59,416 bases of DNA, taken from assembly GCA_023254095.1 (NCBI GenBank), contig JALNLM010000005.1, positions 56,383 through 115,798 on the forward strand. The letters are read 5' to 3'. The translations under genes were made by a program, and so were the position numbers. Positions 58,433 to 59,416 of the stretch are shown here, in pieces (the first letter of the stretch is position 1; the number at the start of each line of letters is the position of its first letter). The notes under the pieces were generated by a model. The model did no database searches, had not been told where the DNA came from, and worked only from the letters and a program-made list of their open reading frames with translations. The DNA comes from Candidatus Geocrenenecus huangii. GTDB lineage: Archaea > Thermoproteota > Nitrososphaeria_A > Caldarchaeales > Wolframiiraptoraceae.

Positions 58433-59339
58433 TGTCTGCATCAATGTCTTCAATAAGCTTAAACAGCTCCTTTACCCCCCTACTAACTCTCTCTTTTAAG
58501 TCTAAAATATAGTTTAAAATGAGATAGTTTTTCATGAAGATGCTCTTGCCTATTCTGCCCTGCAGGAAGTTTATTTCAGGCTCCGTCAAGTATTTTACCA
58601 TAAAAGTTGCCCACAATTTTCTAACATGCTTTAATCTACACTTGTTTTTTCTCAATCTCCATCTGATAGCCTTAATGGTTACTGGGGTTGAAGAGGCCAC
58701 GGCCTGGATAATGTTTTCAGGGCAGAAACTAACATAGACGTTTTTGCTTCTTCTGCAGAATATTTCTTGAAATCTGAAGTGTTCAAGCCACCCATCTCTA
58801 TAATAACTATTGAGTTTGTTTTCATTTTTTAATCTTATTATGAGGTTGAAGCTTTCAACTGCCTCAAGAGGCCTCATGCCTGAGGCTAGAAGCAAGTCAA
58901 TATATGGAGAAAGACTGCCTAGGCTTTTTCTAGCATTTTTTATCCAGAATAAAATGTCTCCAAATGCATCTTCATCAAGGTTAAGGTTCAAACTAAAATT
59001 ATGGGTAAACTTTATTCCGTATCTCTCCCTCATTCTTCTAAATTCTTCATAAGTGCCAGTAAATCTGCATAAACATGCAAGAGCTGATAATATATGCCTC
59101 TGTTTCCCGCATCCATAATGTAGAATTTCTGAGAGATCTCCAGATGAAAGGAGGCTGTGAAATTTTCTAGCATAGTTTAATATGCTGTTTGCGTGGACCC
59201 TGCTGTATTTCACCTCAACAAACTTCCTGAATCTATCCCAATCAATGTTTTCAGGTAAAAGGTTTACCTTTCTACTTTGATGATGGCTTGGAGCCTCAGT
59301 CCTGCGCCTTTGACCAGGCTTGGCTACCCCCGCATCCAT
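58416..59339 (-). CDS. Tyrosine integrase C-terminal fragment int(C), SSV/pTN3-type
   Basis: SGMRPLEA (Arg I), RSK, HVRK (Arg II), LQGR, KNYL (Tyr); N-terminus encoded by the att repeat. Confidence 0.92.
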   Translation of the reverse strand: MDAGVAKPGQRRRTEAPSHHQSRKVNLLPENIDWDRFRKFVEVKYSRVHANSILNYARKFHSLLSSGDLSEILHYGCGKQRHILSALACLCRFTGTYEEFRRMRERYGIKFTHNFSLNLNLDEDAFGDILFWIKNARKSLGSLSPYIDLLLASGMRPLEAVESFNLIIRLKNENKLNSYYRDGWLEHFRFQEIFCRRSKNVYVSFCPENIIQAVASSTPVTIKAIRWRLRKNKCRLKHVRKLWATFMVKYLTEPEINFLQGRIGKSIFMKNYLILNYILDLKERVSRGVKELFKLIEDIDADTTQSV

Positions 59340-59350
59340 TATCAGAAATT
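59290..59350. repeat. att direct repeat, copy 2 (truncated tRNA-Leu 5' half)
   Basis: Identical to 54786-54846. Confidence 0.97.
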
Positions 59351-59416
59351 TTTCTTCTTCGTATTTACTCTTTTATTCTCTACATAAATTTTATGGTTTA
59401 ATCATGCTTTTTGCGG

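Larger units (their letters stand above)
54786..59350. mobile_element. 4.56-kb integrated plasmid/satellite-like element in tRNA-Leu
   Basis: 61-bp direct repeats at both ends, split integrase, primase-polymerase/helicase. Confidence 0.95.

Noticed and set aside
30923-59350. One large provirus running from tRNA-Asn (or 32.4 kb) to the integrase at 59.3 kb
   Set aside because: The 61-bp att repeats enclose only 54786-59350, no duplicated tRNA-Asn fragment was seen, and the two regions differ sharply in TCG/CGA content.
1-59416. CRISPR array, rRNA genes, IS elements or inteins
   Set aside because: No regularly spaced repeats, rRNA-like sequence, transposase motifs or intein-sized insertions were seen.

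Overview
Archaeal chromosome segment. An unsplit RpoA, a Smc5/6-like operon and archaeal SD/TATA signals point to a TACK lineage, probably Aigarchaeota/Thaumarchaeota-like (inference). Bases 1-32.4 kb are mostly housekeeping: rpoB-rpoA-L30e, HisRS, a probable osmolyte operon, intron-containing tRNA-Arg, rpoH, PPAT, eIF5A, NAD kinase, Nob1, a short and apparently hinge-less Smc5/6-like ATPase with kleisin and KITE partners, tRNA-Asn and a radical SAM gene. Bases ~32.4-53.2 kb hold a ~21 kb siphovirus-type head-tail gene cluster (protease, HK97-like capsid, adaptor, tail tube, frameshifting chaperone, tape measure, tail tip, terminase, portal). No integrase, replication genes or att repeats are visible there, and its composition looks host-like. 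It carries an ABC-ATPase/GNAT fusion, a subtilisin and TsaA, and is a candidate domesticated GTA-like particle system or a circularly permuted defective provirus. Bases 54.8-59.35 kb are a separate 4.56 kb element integrated in the 5' half of tRNA-Leu(GAG), with 61-bp direct repeats, a split SSV/pTN3-type integrase and a primase-polymerase/helicase. In a manual scan it lacks TCG/CGA entirely. All calls come from reading motifs by eye; no database searches were run.
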